DNA from: a candidate division WOR-3 bacterium
GTDB taxonomy: Bacteria; Hydrothermota; Tepidihabitantia; Tepidihabitantales; Tepidihabitantaceae
NCBI GenBank assembly: GCA_965648905.1
Contig: CBFGIT010000006.1
Coordinates: 1-64,000, forward strand
Direction: 5' to 3'
DNA length: 64,000 nt
A program made the translations under genes and the position numbers. Below, in pieces: positions 9,538 to 18,513 of the stretch. Under the pieces are notes generated by a model, which saw only the letters and a program-made list of their open reading frames with translations, was not told where the DNA came from and did no database searches. Each line of letters opens with the position of its first letter. The stretch's first letter is position 1.

Positions 9538-10338
9538 ATCACCACTCATCATTCATCACTCCCTACCTCTCATTCGTCACTCCTCACTCTCCTGCTGCCG
9601 CTGGTCCGGTCCTTTGCTGGCTACAACCGGCTTCTGCCGCTCGGCGCGCTGCGCCGGCACTTGGCGCGTCAGGTCGAGCGGGCCGGACTGCGTCTCGAGC
9701 TGAGCGCCGACGAGTTCATCGCCATTCAGGAAATCAGCGGGCTGGGCATGGCGGTCGCCGCAGTTCTGGTCTACCTGACGCTCGTCCCCAACGCGTTCCT
9801 TGTTGTCGGCCTAATCTGCGCCGGCCTCCTTGTTCCCTATGCCTGGTTGTCCGCCCAGGTCGACAAGCACCGCCGGGCCTGTCTCAGGGCGCTTCCCGTG
9901 TTCATGGACATGCTGGTCCTGACTGTTGAGGCCGGCATGTGCTTTGATGCCGCGGTGCGCAAGCTGACCGAGGTTCTCGAACCTTCTCCGCTTGTCGAGC
10001 GGTTTCAGTTCTACCTGAGAAGTGTCAACGTCGGCGAGCCCCGTGCGGCTGCCTTGCGCGAAACAGCGCGCCGACTGGATTTGCCTGATTTTACTTCGCT
10101 TGCCAATGCGGTGATTCAGGCGACGGAGACCGGTTCAAGCATCGGTGCCGTGCTCAGGACCGAGTCGCGCGAGATGCTGCTACGCCGCTTCGAGCGGGCG
10201 GAGAAGGTCGCGGCCGAGCTGCCGATTAAGATGCTCTTTCCTCTGTTCGCGTTCATCTTCCCGGCCACGTTTCTGATGATAATCGGGCCACTCTACTTCC
10301 AGTTCGTGGCTTCGGGTGCCGGCGGGGTACTGCAATGA
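9538..10338 (+). CDS. tadC: TadC (T2SSF family) inner-membrane platform protein
   Basis: VEAGMCFD, RAEKVAAELPIKMLFPLFAFIFP; frame open from 9523; proposed ATC start 9538 after AGGAG (first canonical start TTG 9661). Confidence 0.88.
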   Translation: MTTHHSSLPTSHSSLLTLLLPLVRSFAGYNRLLPLGALRRHLARQVERAGLRLELSADEFIAIQEISGLGMAVAAVLVYLTLVPNAFLVVGLICAGLLVPYAWLSAQVDKHRRACLRALPVFMDMLVLTVEAGMCFDAAVRKLTEVLEPSPLVERFQFYLRSVNVGEPRAAALRETARRLDLPDFTSLANAVIQATETGSSIGAVLRTESREMLLRRFERAEKVAAELPIKMLFPLFAFIFPATFLMIIGPLYFQFVASGAGGVLQ

Positions 10339-10958
10339 CCACTACTCCCAACATTGAGCCGGTCGGTTACGTTCCCGACGAACTGCCGACGATTGAGGAA
10401 TCAGTGCCGAAGCGACGAACGAGCTCGGCCGGACGGGTAGCAGCCATTGGCACGCTCGTCATCCTCGCCGCCGCGGCCGTGGTCTGGTTCACGCCGAGCC
10501 TGCGGCAACAGCTCCTGCACCGACCACTGCCGACACGCACCGCTCCGGCCAGAACGTCGGTGGCAGACGCGGAGTCACTCCCTCCAGTACCGGTCCTGTG
10601 GGGGAGGATTGACCTCGGTGCGTTGCCGGCTGAAGTTGCGCAGGACCTCAGGTCAGGCAAGTATTACTACGACCGAAAGCTCCCCGGCAACTTCGGTCTG
10701 GCAATCAGCCACTGGAAGCAGGCGCTGGCCAACTCCGGGACAGAGCACCAGGCCTTCCTGAACGACCTAGTGACGTCCGCGGAGAGGGAACTGGCCGCCC
10801 AGTTCAACGCGGATTCGGGCGACGTTGTCGTCCTGCTCAAGCAGGGCAAACAGGCCCAGGCCGTCATCCTGCTGGAGAAGATGCGGGCTGATTTCCTTGA
10901 CATCTCGGCGCCGCAGTATGTCTGGGCGTCGGTGATGCTCTCTCGGCGGCGCCGCTAG
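10335..10958 (+). CDS. Hypothetical bitopic protein with helical (TPR-like) C-terminus
   Basis: ATGA overlap with tadC, one TM helix, Pro-rich linker. Confidence 0.7.
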   Translation: MTTTPNIEPVGYVPDELPTIEESVPKRRTSSAGRVAAIGTLVILAAAAVVWFTPSLRQQLLHRPLPTRTAPARTSVADAESLPPVPVLWGRIDLGALPAEVAQDLRSGKYYYDRKLPGNFGLAISHWKQALANSGTEHQAFLNDLVTSAERELAAQFNADSGDVVVLLKQGKQAQAVILLEKMRADFLDISAPQYVWASVMLSRRRR

Positions 10959-10961
10959 CAC

Positions 10962-11162
10962 ATGGTGAGCATCGAACGGCGAACGGCGAACCGCGGATGG
11001 CGAGGGGTGCTCCTCGACGAAACTGCGGCTACCGCGACCGAGTACGTCGTTGCTGCGGCGGCAGTCGCGCTCGGGGCACTCCTGGCCGCAGCAGCAATTG
11101 CCGGGGTTCTGGTGAACTACCTCCACCGCCTCTATCTGGTGGTGACACTGCCGGTACCTTGA
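10962..11162 (+). CDS. Second Flp-like minor pilin with atypical cleavage site
   Basis: DETAATATEY followed by hydrophobic helix. Confidence 0.7.
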   Translation: MVSIERRTANRGWRGVLLDETAATATEYVVAAAAVALGALLAAAAIAGVLVNYLHRLYLVVTLPVP

Positions 11163-12709
11163 TGCCGACTGTGGCTCATGTCACTCCGCAGAGCGTGCCG
11201 GCGCGGCAGTCTGCCGACCGGTCCAGAACGACCAGTACACATCGGCTTCTGGTCCGTTCGCTTGTACCGAGTCCTGCGCTCGGCGCAGGGCTGGCTGCCT
11301 TCATTGCGACGCTGGCCGCGCCCAATAACCCGGATACGCTCTGGCACATGGCGGTCGGCAGGTGGATTCTCGAACACCGGGCCCTGCCCGACATCAGTCG
11401 TTTCTATTACTCCGCGACCGCAGGATACGGCTACGACTACTCCTGGCTCTCGCAGGTAGTCCTGTACAGCATCCACCGCTTCCTGGGCGGGGTCGGCGTT
11501 GCGGTCCTGGCGTCGTCTGTTGCCGCGTTCGTGTTCTACCTGCTTTATAAGCTGCTCGAAGAGAACGAGCCGAACATGCTGGTGAACATCGCGGTGCTGT
11601 GCGTCGGCCTGCTGGCGACCGCGGGCTGTCTGTCGGGCCGGCCGCTGATGTTCAGCGTGTTGTTCTTCACTCTTGACGTTTTCGTCCTTGCTCGCTTCAC
11701 CCTTCCCGGTGGGAGCCGCGTCCGGACCAGGACCGGTCGAGGCGGGTTCATCTGGTTGATACCGGTGACTACGGCTTTGTGGGCCAACCTCCACCCGGGT
11801 TTCGTACTGGCCCCGCTCTTGGTCGCTATGTTCCTGCCCCTGGCACGGGAGTTCCGAGACCGTCGAACCTTGGCACTCTGCCTGGCAGCCACCGTGCTCG
11901 CGGTCATGTCAAACCCATTCGGCTGGAGGCTGTACCTCATGCCGCTGGCCACGGCACAGTCAATGTCGATGCTCCGGGGCCTGAGCGAATGGACTAGCGT
12001 CTCGGGCTGGGAAGCCGTGGTCTGGGGCGGTCTTGTCGCCCTGGTCGCGGTCGGGCTGTCCGTCAGGCGGCAGCCGCTGCCGCTGGTGCTCATCGGTGCG
12101 CTGGCAGCTCTGGGGGCCGGGGTCAGCAACCGGAACATGCCTTTGTTCGGCGTGATCGCGGTGTTTCTTCTGGGCCGAACCTTGGTACCGGCATTGGCGC
12201 CGCTGGTCCGGCGGTCCGGGTTCGTTCGCCGATTCGACGCAAGATTCGAAGCCGCGGGCGGGTGGCTGTGGGCAGTTGTGCTGCCGGTCTTCATCGTCGG
12301 TGCGGCGCATCTTCGGCTGCTTCCCATGGAGCTTGACTTCGACTTTTCCCGCTACCCGGTTGCTGCGGTTCGGTGCATCCAGGACCGCAACTGTCCGGGT
12401 CGGGTCTTTGTCCGCGAGACCTGGAGCGGCTATCTGTTGTGGGCGATGCCGGATCACCAGCTCTTCTATGACGCCAAGGGCGGCTTCAGCCGGCAGGCCG
12501 CGGCCGACCATGCTGAGCTCGCCAAGGCCGGGCCCGGGTGGCGTGACGCGGCCGAGCGCAACGGCCTGTCCACGTTCCTGCTCGAACGCGGCAGTCCGCT
12601 TGCCGTGGTTCTCGCCGAAGCAGTTGACTGGCATCGGGCACACGCCGATTCACTGGCCGAAGTGTTTGTGCGCGCGCCCGGCACTCGGTTAGTGATGAGT
12701 GATGAGTGA
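11162..12709 (+). CDS. Polytopic membrane protein, putative GT-C-fold glycosyltransferase
   Basis: DTLWHMAVGRWI...YSWLSQ, RP..FS, LWANLHPGF, NPFG, EW motifs; many TM helices; TGATG coupling to the pilin. Confidence 0.65.
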   Translation: MPTVAHVTPQSVPARQSADRSRTTSTHRLLVRSLVPSPALGAGLAAFIATLAAPNNPDTLWHMAVGRWILEHRALPDISRFYYSATAGYGYDYSWLSQVVLYSIHRFLGGVGVAVLASSVAAFVFYLLYKLLEENEPNMLVNIAVLCVGLLATAGCLSGRPLMFSVLFFTLDVFVLARFTLPGGSRVRTRTGRGGFIWLIPVTTALWANLHPGFVLAPLLVAMFLPLAREFRDRRTLALCLAATVLAVMSNPFGWRLYLMPLATAQSMSMLRGLSEWTSVSGWEAVVWGGLVALVAVGLSVRRQPLPLVLIGALAALGAGVSNRNMPLFGVIAVFLLGRTLVPALAPLVRRSGFVRRFDARFEAAGGWLWAVVLPVFIVGAAHLRLLPMELDFDFSRYPVAAVRCIQDRNCPGRVFVRETWSGYLLWAMPDHQLFYDAKGGFSRQAAADHAELAKAGPGWRDAAERNGLSTFLLERGSPLAVVLAEAVDWHRAHADSLAEVFVRAPGTRLVMSDE

Positions 12710-12726
12710 GGAGTGAGGGAGGACCG

Positions 12727-13089
12727 ATGACACAGACATTCGAATGGAAAGGTCACGAGCTCGAGATGGGCATCGCCTTCTCGCCAAGGTTCCTCATGTT
12801 CGCCACCGACACGACCCTGTGGGTGGACCGCAGACTGGTGGCGCGCAAAGGCGGCCTCGGTATCACCGAAACCGCGACCGGAACCTTCCGGCACGAAGGC
12901 CGGGAAGTTCGAGCCGAACTCGAGGTCTGCGGCGGACTGTCGGTCTTCACGCAGATCCCCTATGTGCTGCGTCTTGACGGCGCTCTGGTCAGCACGGGCA
13001 GACTGAAGTTGGGAAGACTGCCGGCCGCGGCCGTAGTCTGGTCCCTGCTGCTCCTGCTCATCTTCGCGCTCAGGGTACTGGCATTCTGA
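12727..13089 (+). CDS. Hypothetical protein with C-terminal TM helix
   Basis: GGAGG SD before ATG 12727; beta-rich body and hydrophobic tail. Confidence 0.65.
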   Translation: MTQTFEWKGHELEMGIAFSPRFLMFATDTTLWVDRRLVARKGGLGITETATGTFRHEGREVRAELEVCGGLSVFTQIPYVLRLDGALVSTGRLKLGRLPAAAVVWSLLLLLIFALRVLAF

Positions 13090-13112
13090 AAACGGGGACA
13101 GTCCCCGTTTTC
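13088..13112. terminator. Perfect palindrome, likely terminator or REP-like element
   Basis: GAAAACGGGGAC-A-GTCCCCGTTTTC. Confidence 0.65.
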
Positions 13113-13116
13113 CGGT

Positions 13117-13144
13117 TTGACTGGGGCAACATCCGGGCTAGAAT
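13117..13144 (+). promoter_or_regulatory. sigma70-type promoter, leaderless geometry
   Basis: TTGACT-N16-TAGAAT, 6 nt before GTG 13151. Confidence 0.75.
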
Positions 13145-13150
13145 TGGCGC

Positions 13151-14410
13151 GTGAAGCTCGAGTACGCGCTGTTGCTGGGCCTGCTGGTCGCTGCTCTCGG
13201 CCCGGGTTGCGGCCGACCTGGTGAACCGTCCGGAAAGACCCGGGTCAAAGTCACGTTCTGGCACGCGATGGGCGGTCCGCTCGGCGACGCGCTCGACCGA
13301 ATGATTGCCGAGTTCGAACGCGCCAACCCGGGAATCGACATCGAGCCGGTCTCGATGGGCGGTTACTCGGCACTGTCCCAGAAGCTGATGGGCGCGGTCC
13401 AGGTCAACTCGCCGCCGAACATGGCCCAGATGTACGAGTCATGGACCAGTCAGTTCCATGCCATGGACAAGCTGGTGGTGCTCGACTCGTTCGTCTCCGG
13501 GCCGGACGGACTTTCGGCCGAGGAGCTGGCCGACTTCTATCCGGCGTTCCTCGACGACAACTCATGGGACGGAAGGATTGTGACCATGCCGTTCAACAAG
13601 TCGGTCCCGGTCTACTTCTATAACGCCGGGATGCTCGAGCAGGCCGGGTATCAGGAGTTTCCCCAAACCTGGGATGAGTTCCGCATCATGGCCCGAAAGC
13701 TGACCCGCCGGGAGCAGGGTATACACGGCACGGCCGGTGGTGTCAACGAGTGGATGTTCGGCTGCATGCTCAGGCAGCAGGGCGGCGATTTTCTCGACGA
13801 TTCCGGCCGGGCCCGGTTCAATTCGGCCGAAGGCGCAAAGGCAGCCCGGTACATGTACGACCTGGTCGCGGTCGATTCGAGTGCGGTATTCGGAACCGGC
13901 TATGACCCGCAGAATGACTTCCTGTCCGGCAAGATCGCCTGCATCTGGGGCACGAGCGTATCCTGGGCATTCATGAAGCCAAACATGACCTTTCCGGTTG
14001 CCGTCGCTCCGATTCCGACCTGGGGCCGGCCCAACGTCCTCTCGTTCGGCACCAACGTCGGCGTGTTCCGGACCGGCACGGCCGCGCAGGTCGCGGCCTG
14101 CTGGCGGTTCATCAAGTGGTTCACCAGCCCTCAAGCCCAGGCTGAATGGGCCCGGGCCACAGCCTATGTTCCCTGCCGCCGCAGTGCGCAGGAGCGGCCC
14201 GAGTACCGCGAGTTTGTCGGTCAGGTGCCCGGGCTTGACCGCGCCCTGGCCCAGCTTGACTATGTTTCGTTCGAACCCCGAACCGAGGCCTGGTTTGCCG
14301 GCCGCCGCCTGCTCGGCGAGGCGCTGGAAAAGGTGATGCGCGGGGCAGCAAGCCCTGAAGTCGCGCTCGATGAGGCCGCGGTCCTGGTTGAAAAGGAGAT
14401 GAAGAGGTGA
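13151..14410 (+). CDS. ABC transporter substrate-binding lipoprotein (UgpB/sugar family)
   Basis: Lipobox-like GPGC, VTFWHAMGG, MPFNKS.PV.FYN, PQTWDE. Confidence 0.9.
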   Translation: MKLEYALLLGLLVAALGPGCGRPGEPSGKTRVKVTFWHAMGGPLGDALDRMIAEFERANPGIDIEPVSMGGYSALSQKLMGAVQVNSPPNMAQMYESWTSQFHAMDKLVVLDSFVSGPDGLSAEELADFYPAFLDDNSWDGRIVTMPFNKSVPVYFYNAGMLEQAGYQEFPQTWDEFRIMARKLTRREQGIHGTAGGVNEWMFGCMLRQQGGDFLDDSGRARFNSAEGAKAARYMYDLVAVDSSAVFGTGYDPQNDFLSGKIACIWGTSVSWAFMKPNMTFPVAVAPIPTWGRPNVLSFGTNVGVFRTGTAAQVAACWRFIKWFTSPQAQAEWARATAYVPCRRSAQERPEYREFVGQVPGLDRALAQLDYVSFEPRTEAWFAGRRLLGEALEKVMRGAASPEVALDEAAVLVEKEMKR

Positions 14411-16029
14411 GACCAGTCCTGGTGCTCGTGTTGCTATCTGGTTTGGTATCTGCCCAGGTCCTGCCGATTGCCACGGTCATCGAGGACCTGGACAACAACG
14501 GCAAGCCGGACCGGAGAGGCCAGAACGTCACCGTCACCGGCATCGTTACTGCGCCGGACAGTATGTTCGACGTGCGCTACACCGACATCTATGTACAGGA
14601 CTCGACCGCGGGCGTCAACGTCTTCAGTTTCACTTTCCAGAACGCCGACCTGGGCGACAGTGTCGTCGTCTCCGGCAAGATTGACTGGTACCGAGGCAAA
14701 ACCGAAGTAGCCAACGCAACTGTTACCGTGGTGGCCCGGGGCCGGCCCGTGCCCGAACCAAGGGTTCTAACCTGCGCCCAGGTGAACGCCGAGCAGTATG
14801 AAGGTGATCTCGTTGTGCTCAAGGGAATCGTCACAACCGCCACGGTCCTTGCCGGCAACAAGACTTACGACATCTCCGACTCGACCGGCAGCGCCAAGAT
14901 GTACATCGACCCGCAGACCGCTCTGGCCGGAATCATCTGCGTGCCGGATACGTTCACGCTTGTTGCCATCAAGGGCCAGTACACCGGGACCGATACCACG
15001 AATCCGCTGTCCGGGTACCAGGTACTGCCGCGGTTCGCCACCGACTTCTCGCGCACAGCGAGCGACATGCCGGTTGTGCCGATTGAATCGGTACAAGCTC
15101 CGGGCCCGGATGGCGTCACGCCCCGGCGACTGGGCCAGGTGGTGCGGGCGCGCGGCTGGGTCTCAGGCCCGGCTTCGGCCTTCACGAGCGGAGCCAAGAG
15201 CTGGTTTCTTCAGGACTCGAGCGCGGGCGTCAACGTCTACGGCGGAACCTATGACCCGGCTCAGGTCAACTGGCTCGACTCACTCGGCGCACACTGGGAG
15301 GTCATCGGCACCGTCACTGAATACAACGGCCTGACCGAGATCGCGGACAGCCGCGTCGCGGTGCTGCTCGACACGGTGCGCAACTTCATCATACCTCGGG
15401 TCCTGCCGTTCAACATCGGCCTCACCGAGGCGATGGAAAGTGACCTGGTCACGGTCGTCGGTGACGTGGTTCAGGCGCCGTACTCCTCAGGCCCGGGTTA
15501 CAACATGACGGTGAAGAACGGCAACGCCGCACTCGCGGTCCGCATCAACAACGCGACCGGCATCAGTACCAGTGCACTGACCAAGGGCCGCCGTATCCGG
15601 ATTACCGGCATCGTCGGCCAGTACGACAACTCCGAACCCTACACCAGCGGCTACCAGCTCATGCCCCGGTTCCAGTCCGACCTGTTCGATACTTCAGGCG
15701 CATTCCCACCGGTCTCCGGTCTTGTGATTGACACGATTACGCCCAACCCGTTTGTCCCCGGCCTGGGTCAAGCGGCCAGTATCCAGCTCAACGCGCCGAC
15801 GACCGGCTATCGGTTGAGCGTCAACGTCTATGACCTTGAAGGCCGGCATGTGCGCGAGCTGCTGGCCAACGCTCCGGGCGGATACTACGACCTGAAGTGG
15901 GATGGCACTGACGCGCTGTCAAGACCTCAACCCGCCGGCATCTATCTCGTGAGCGTCAAGGCGGCGCGCAGCAACGGCCGGCCCGAAGTGCTTTCCCGGC
16001 CGGTCGTGCTTGGGGTCAAGCTCAACTAG
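14407..16029 (+). CDS. Secreted tandem OB-fold protein with C-terminal FlgD-like/sorting domain
   Basis: Signal peptide; duplicated module (YVQDSTAGVNV...YQVLPRF / FLQDSSAGVNV...YQLMPRF); PNPF...YDLEGR.VREL...WDG...GIYLV. Confidence 0.75.
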   Translation: MRPVLVLVLLSGLVSAQVLPIATVIEDLDNNGKPDRRGQNVTVTGIVTAPDSMFDVRYTDIYVQDSTAGVNVFSFTFQNADLGDSVVVSGKIDWYRGKTEVANATVTVVARGRPVPEPRVLTCAQVNAEQYEGDLVVLKGIVTTATVLAGNKTYDISDSTGSAKMYIDPQTALAGIICVPDTFTLVAIKGQYTGTDTTNPLSGYQVLPRFATDFSRTASDMPVVPIESVQAPGPDGVTPRRLGQVVRARGWVSGPASAFTSGAKSWFLQDSSAGVNVYGGTYDPAQVNWLDSLGAHWEVIGTVTEYNGLTEIADSRVAVLLDTVRNFIIPRVLPFNIGLTEAMESDLVTVVGDVVQAPYSSGPGYNMTVKNGNAALAVRINNATGISTSALTKGRRIRITGIVGQYDNSEPYTSGYQLMPRFQSDLFDTSGAFPPVSGLVIDTITPNPFVPGLGQAASIQLNAPTTGYRLSVNVYDLEGRHVRELLANAPGGYYDLKWDGTDALSRPQPAGIYLVSVKAARSNGRPEVLSRPVVLGVKLN

Positions 16030-17524
16030 CCCTGGTCAGCCGGCTTCGGCGAACCCGCCGGATGATAACCGCTCCGAGAAGCACGGCCACGCTCAGCCCG
16101 ATGAACCAGTCGCCGAACCGCCGGTACAGAGTCGGCCCGCGTGCTGCTGGCACATCGCCGACCAGGACATCCTGAGTGAACAGCCGAGTCCGTTTCAGCA
16201 CCCGGCCAAACGGGTCGACGATGAACGAGATGCCGTTATTCGCGCTCCTTATCATCGGTACACCGTTCTCGACCGTGCGCATCACCGCCAGTTCGGCGTG
16301 CTGCTGAGCCCCGAGCAGTTGGCCGAACCAGCCGTCGTTGGTCACATTCGCCAGCACCCGGGCGCCCCGGTTGACAAACTCCCGACACAGGTCCGGGAAA
16401 ATTGCCTCGTAGCAGACTAAGACCGCGGCCCGGGCCCGGCTGAGCTCGAATACGGTGAAGGTGTGTCCCCGGGCCCAGTCACCCATGTCCTGCGTGCCGA
16501 GCAGCTTCTTGAGCAGCGGCACCTCATCGGCGTAAGGTATCTTTTCTGAGAAAGGTACGAGCCGCATCTTGTAGTAGCGCTGGCTCGGCGGCCACTCACC
16601 AGGCCGGACCAGGACTGCGCCGTTGTGCCAGGTCCCGTGCTGTTCGTCGCGCAGCGGGGTGCCGGTCAGAATCTCAACTCCGAGCGAATCGACCAGTTGT
16701 CTGAGCACCGGCCCGATGGTCGAGGAACGGGTCACGTCTACAAGCGTGGCGGTCTCAGGAAAGAGTACCAGGTCAGGCCGTTGCTCGGCGGCACGACCGG
16801 TCAGGCGCACAAGGTCAGCCTGAATACGCTCACGTGATTCCCAGTCGCCCTTGTCGAGCGGCGACACATTCGGCTGAACAATCGCTACTCTGAAACCGGT
16901 TCCGGTCGGTCGAACCGTTGCTCGGCAGTAGAGCACCGGGCCGAGCAGCACCAGCACCAGCCCGAGCGCAAGCCAGCGCCGGGCCGGGCCGACCAGAAGC
17001 CCGTAGACCAGGGTGTTCACCAGTACGACCCAGGCCGAAACCAGAAAGACCCCGCCGATTGAGGCGAGCTGAACAAACTGCCGAACCGGGGTCATCGTGT
17101 ACCCGAGCAGGTCCCAGGGAAAGGCAATCTGGGTCCGGCTGCGAACAAACTCAAGCACGGCCCAGACCAGGGGAGCAGACCAGAGTCCGAGCCGGCGCAC
17201 AACCAGGGCAAACACCCCGACGTAGAGTCCGAGATAGGCAAAGAGCAGTACCACGCCGAGATTCAGGAGAATCCGGGTGACCGGCTCGACCGGCACGACC
17301 AAAAACCAGACCCAGAACAGGTGGAAACCTGCGGCCAGGCCGCCAAACAGCCAGCCCCAGCAGAACGCCCGGCCGGACGATGGCGCGTGGTCGACCACGC
17401 CGAGCAGGGGCACGAGCGCAATCAGAGCCAATAGCCGGAATGGGAAGGGCGCAAACGCCAGACCAAGGCACAATGCCCCGGCCCCGAGGACCAGCGGTTT
17501 CTTTATCCGGGCCGGACTTCGCAA
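16022..17524 (-). CDS. lnt: Apolipoprotein N-acyltransferase
   Basis: FPW..LGY, VQPN, FPET, YYK..LVPFSE, VCYE, TNDGWF, QQH, RSANNGIS. Confidence 0.95.
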   Translation of the reverse strand: MRSPARIKKPLVLGAGALCLGLAFAPFPFRLLALIALVPLLGVVDHAPSSGRAFCWGWLFGGLAAGFHLFWVWFLVVPVEPVTRILLNLGVVLLFAYLGLYVGVFALVVRRLGLWSAPLVWAVLEFVRSRTQIAFPWDLLGYTMTPVRQFVQLASIGGVFLVSAWVVLVNTLVYGLLVGPARRWLALGLVLVLLGPVLYCRATVRPTGTGFRVAIVQPNVSPLDKGDWESRERIQADLVRLTGRAAEQRPDLVLFPETATLVDVTRSSTIGPVLRQLVDSLGVEILTGTPLRDEQHGTWHNGAVLVRPGEWPPSQRYYKMRLVPFSEKIPYADEVPLLKKLLGTQDMGDWARGHTFTVFELSRARAAVLVCYEAIFPDLCREFVNRGARVLANVTNDGWFGQLLGAQQHAELAVMRTVENGVPMIRSANNGISFIVDPFGRVLKRTRLFTQDVLVGDVPAARGPTLYRRFGDWFIGLSVAVLLGAVIIRRVRRSRLTRAS

Positions 17525-18513
17525 TGGGTCTTCTGGGACTGGTAGAATGCGTCGGTCAGTTGCGCAATCATGAGCCCGTCTTCCGCAGTAACGACCGGAG
17601 TCGAGCCCCGCCGCAGCGATTCGACCCAGACCCGGATGAGCGCCTGGTTGGCCGCGCGTTGAATCCCTTTGGACGATATCTGGGGGGTGACGTTGACCAG
17701 ATGGCCGTGCATCTCTTTGTGAATCTGGACCGGGTTGAGCAGTGCAGCACCGCTGTTGCCCATCAGGTTGAGATAGGTGAAATCCTTTTCCTGGAGCACG
17801 CTCCAGCCGACCTCGACGGTCAGGAGCAGGTCCGGCTCAAAGCGAATCATCGCGAATGCAGTGTCCTCAACCTCGGCCCGGGGGTCGCGGTGGTGGGCTG
17901 CGCCCATTACCGACACCGGCCGGTGTCCGGCCAGAAGATACAGCGAAGCATCAAGCAGCGCCGTGCCCAGACTCATGAACGCGCCGCCGCCGGCGCGCAG
18001 CCGCTGGCCGCGCCAGCCGGGCAGCGACCACGACTCGCGGCCCTGAAGCCAGCCGGTCTTGGCATAGTATAGCGCGCCCAGCTCGCCGCCGTCGATGAAC
18101 CGTCGGATGGTCTGGACATCAGGTCGGAGCCGGGCTGCAAGGCAGGGGAGAAGACTCCGCTGCTCCTGGCGCGCGGTCTCGATCATCTGTCCGACCTCAG
18201 CCGCAGAAAGGCCCAATGGCATCTCGCAGAGCACGTCCTTGCCCGCGCGCAGAGCGGCGAGTGTCATCGGCGCGTGCAGGTGATTGGGGGTGGCGATGAG
18301 CACGGCATCGATGTCGTCCGCCTCTTTCAGCACGTCGAAGTCAGCAAAGTGACGGGGGACGCCGTGCATCTGACAGAGCTGGTTCAGCTTGCGGATGTCG
18401 CGGTCACACAGTGCTGCAAGCTCGACGTTCGGGTTTGCCTTCAGGGCCGGGATGTGAGCCAGTTGCGCCTGCGCTCCGCACCCGACCACGGCAACTCTCA
18501 GTCTGTCTTTCAT
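17503..18513 (-). CDS. Gfo/Idh/MocA family oxidoreductase
   Basis: VVGCG, IATPNHLH, GKDVLCEMP, GGGAF. Confidence 0.9.
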   Translation of the reverse strand: MKDRLRVAVVGCGAQAQLAHIPALKANPNVELAALCDRDIRKLNQLCQMHGVPRHFADFDVLKEADDIDAVLIATPNHLHAPMTLAALRAGKDVLCEMPLGLSAAEVGQMIETARQEQRSLLPCLAARLRPDVQTIRRFIDGGELGALYYAKTGWLQGRESWSLPGWRGQRLRAGGGAFMSLGTALLDASLYLLAGHRPVSVMGAAHHRDPRAEVEDTAFAMIRFEPDLLLTVEVGWSVLQEKDFTYLNLMGNSGAALLNPVQIHKEMHGHLVNVTPQISSKGIQRAANQALIRVWVESLRRGSTPVVTAEDGLMIAQLTDAFYQSQKTHCEVRPG

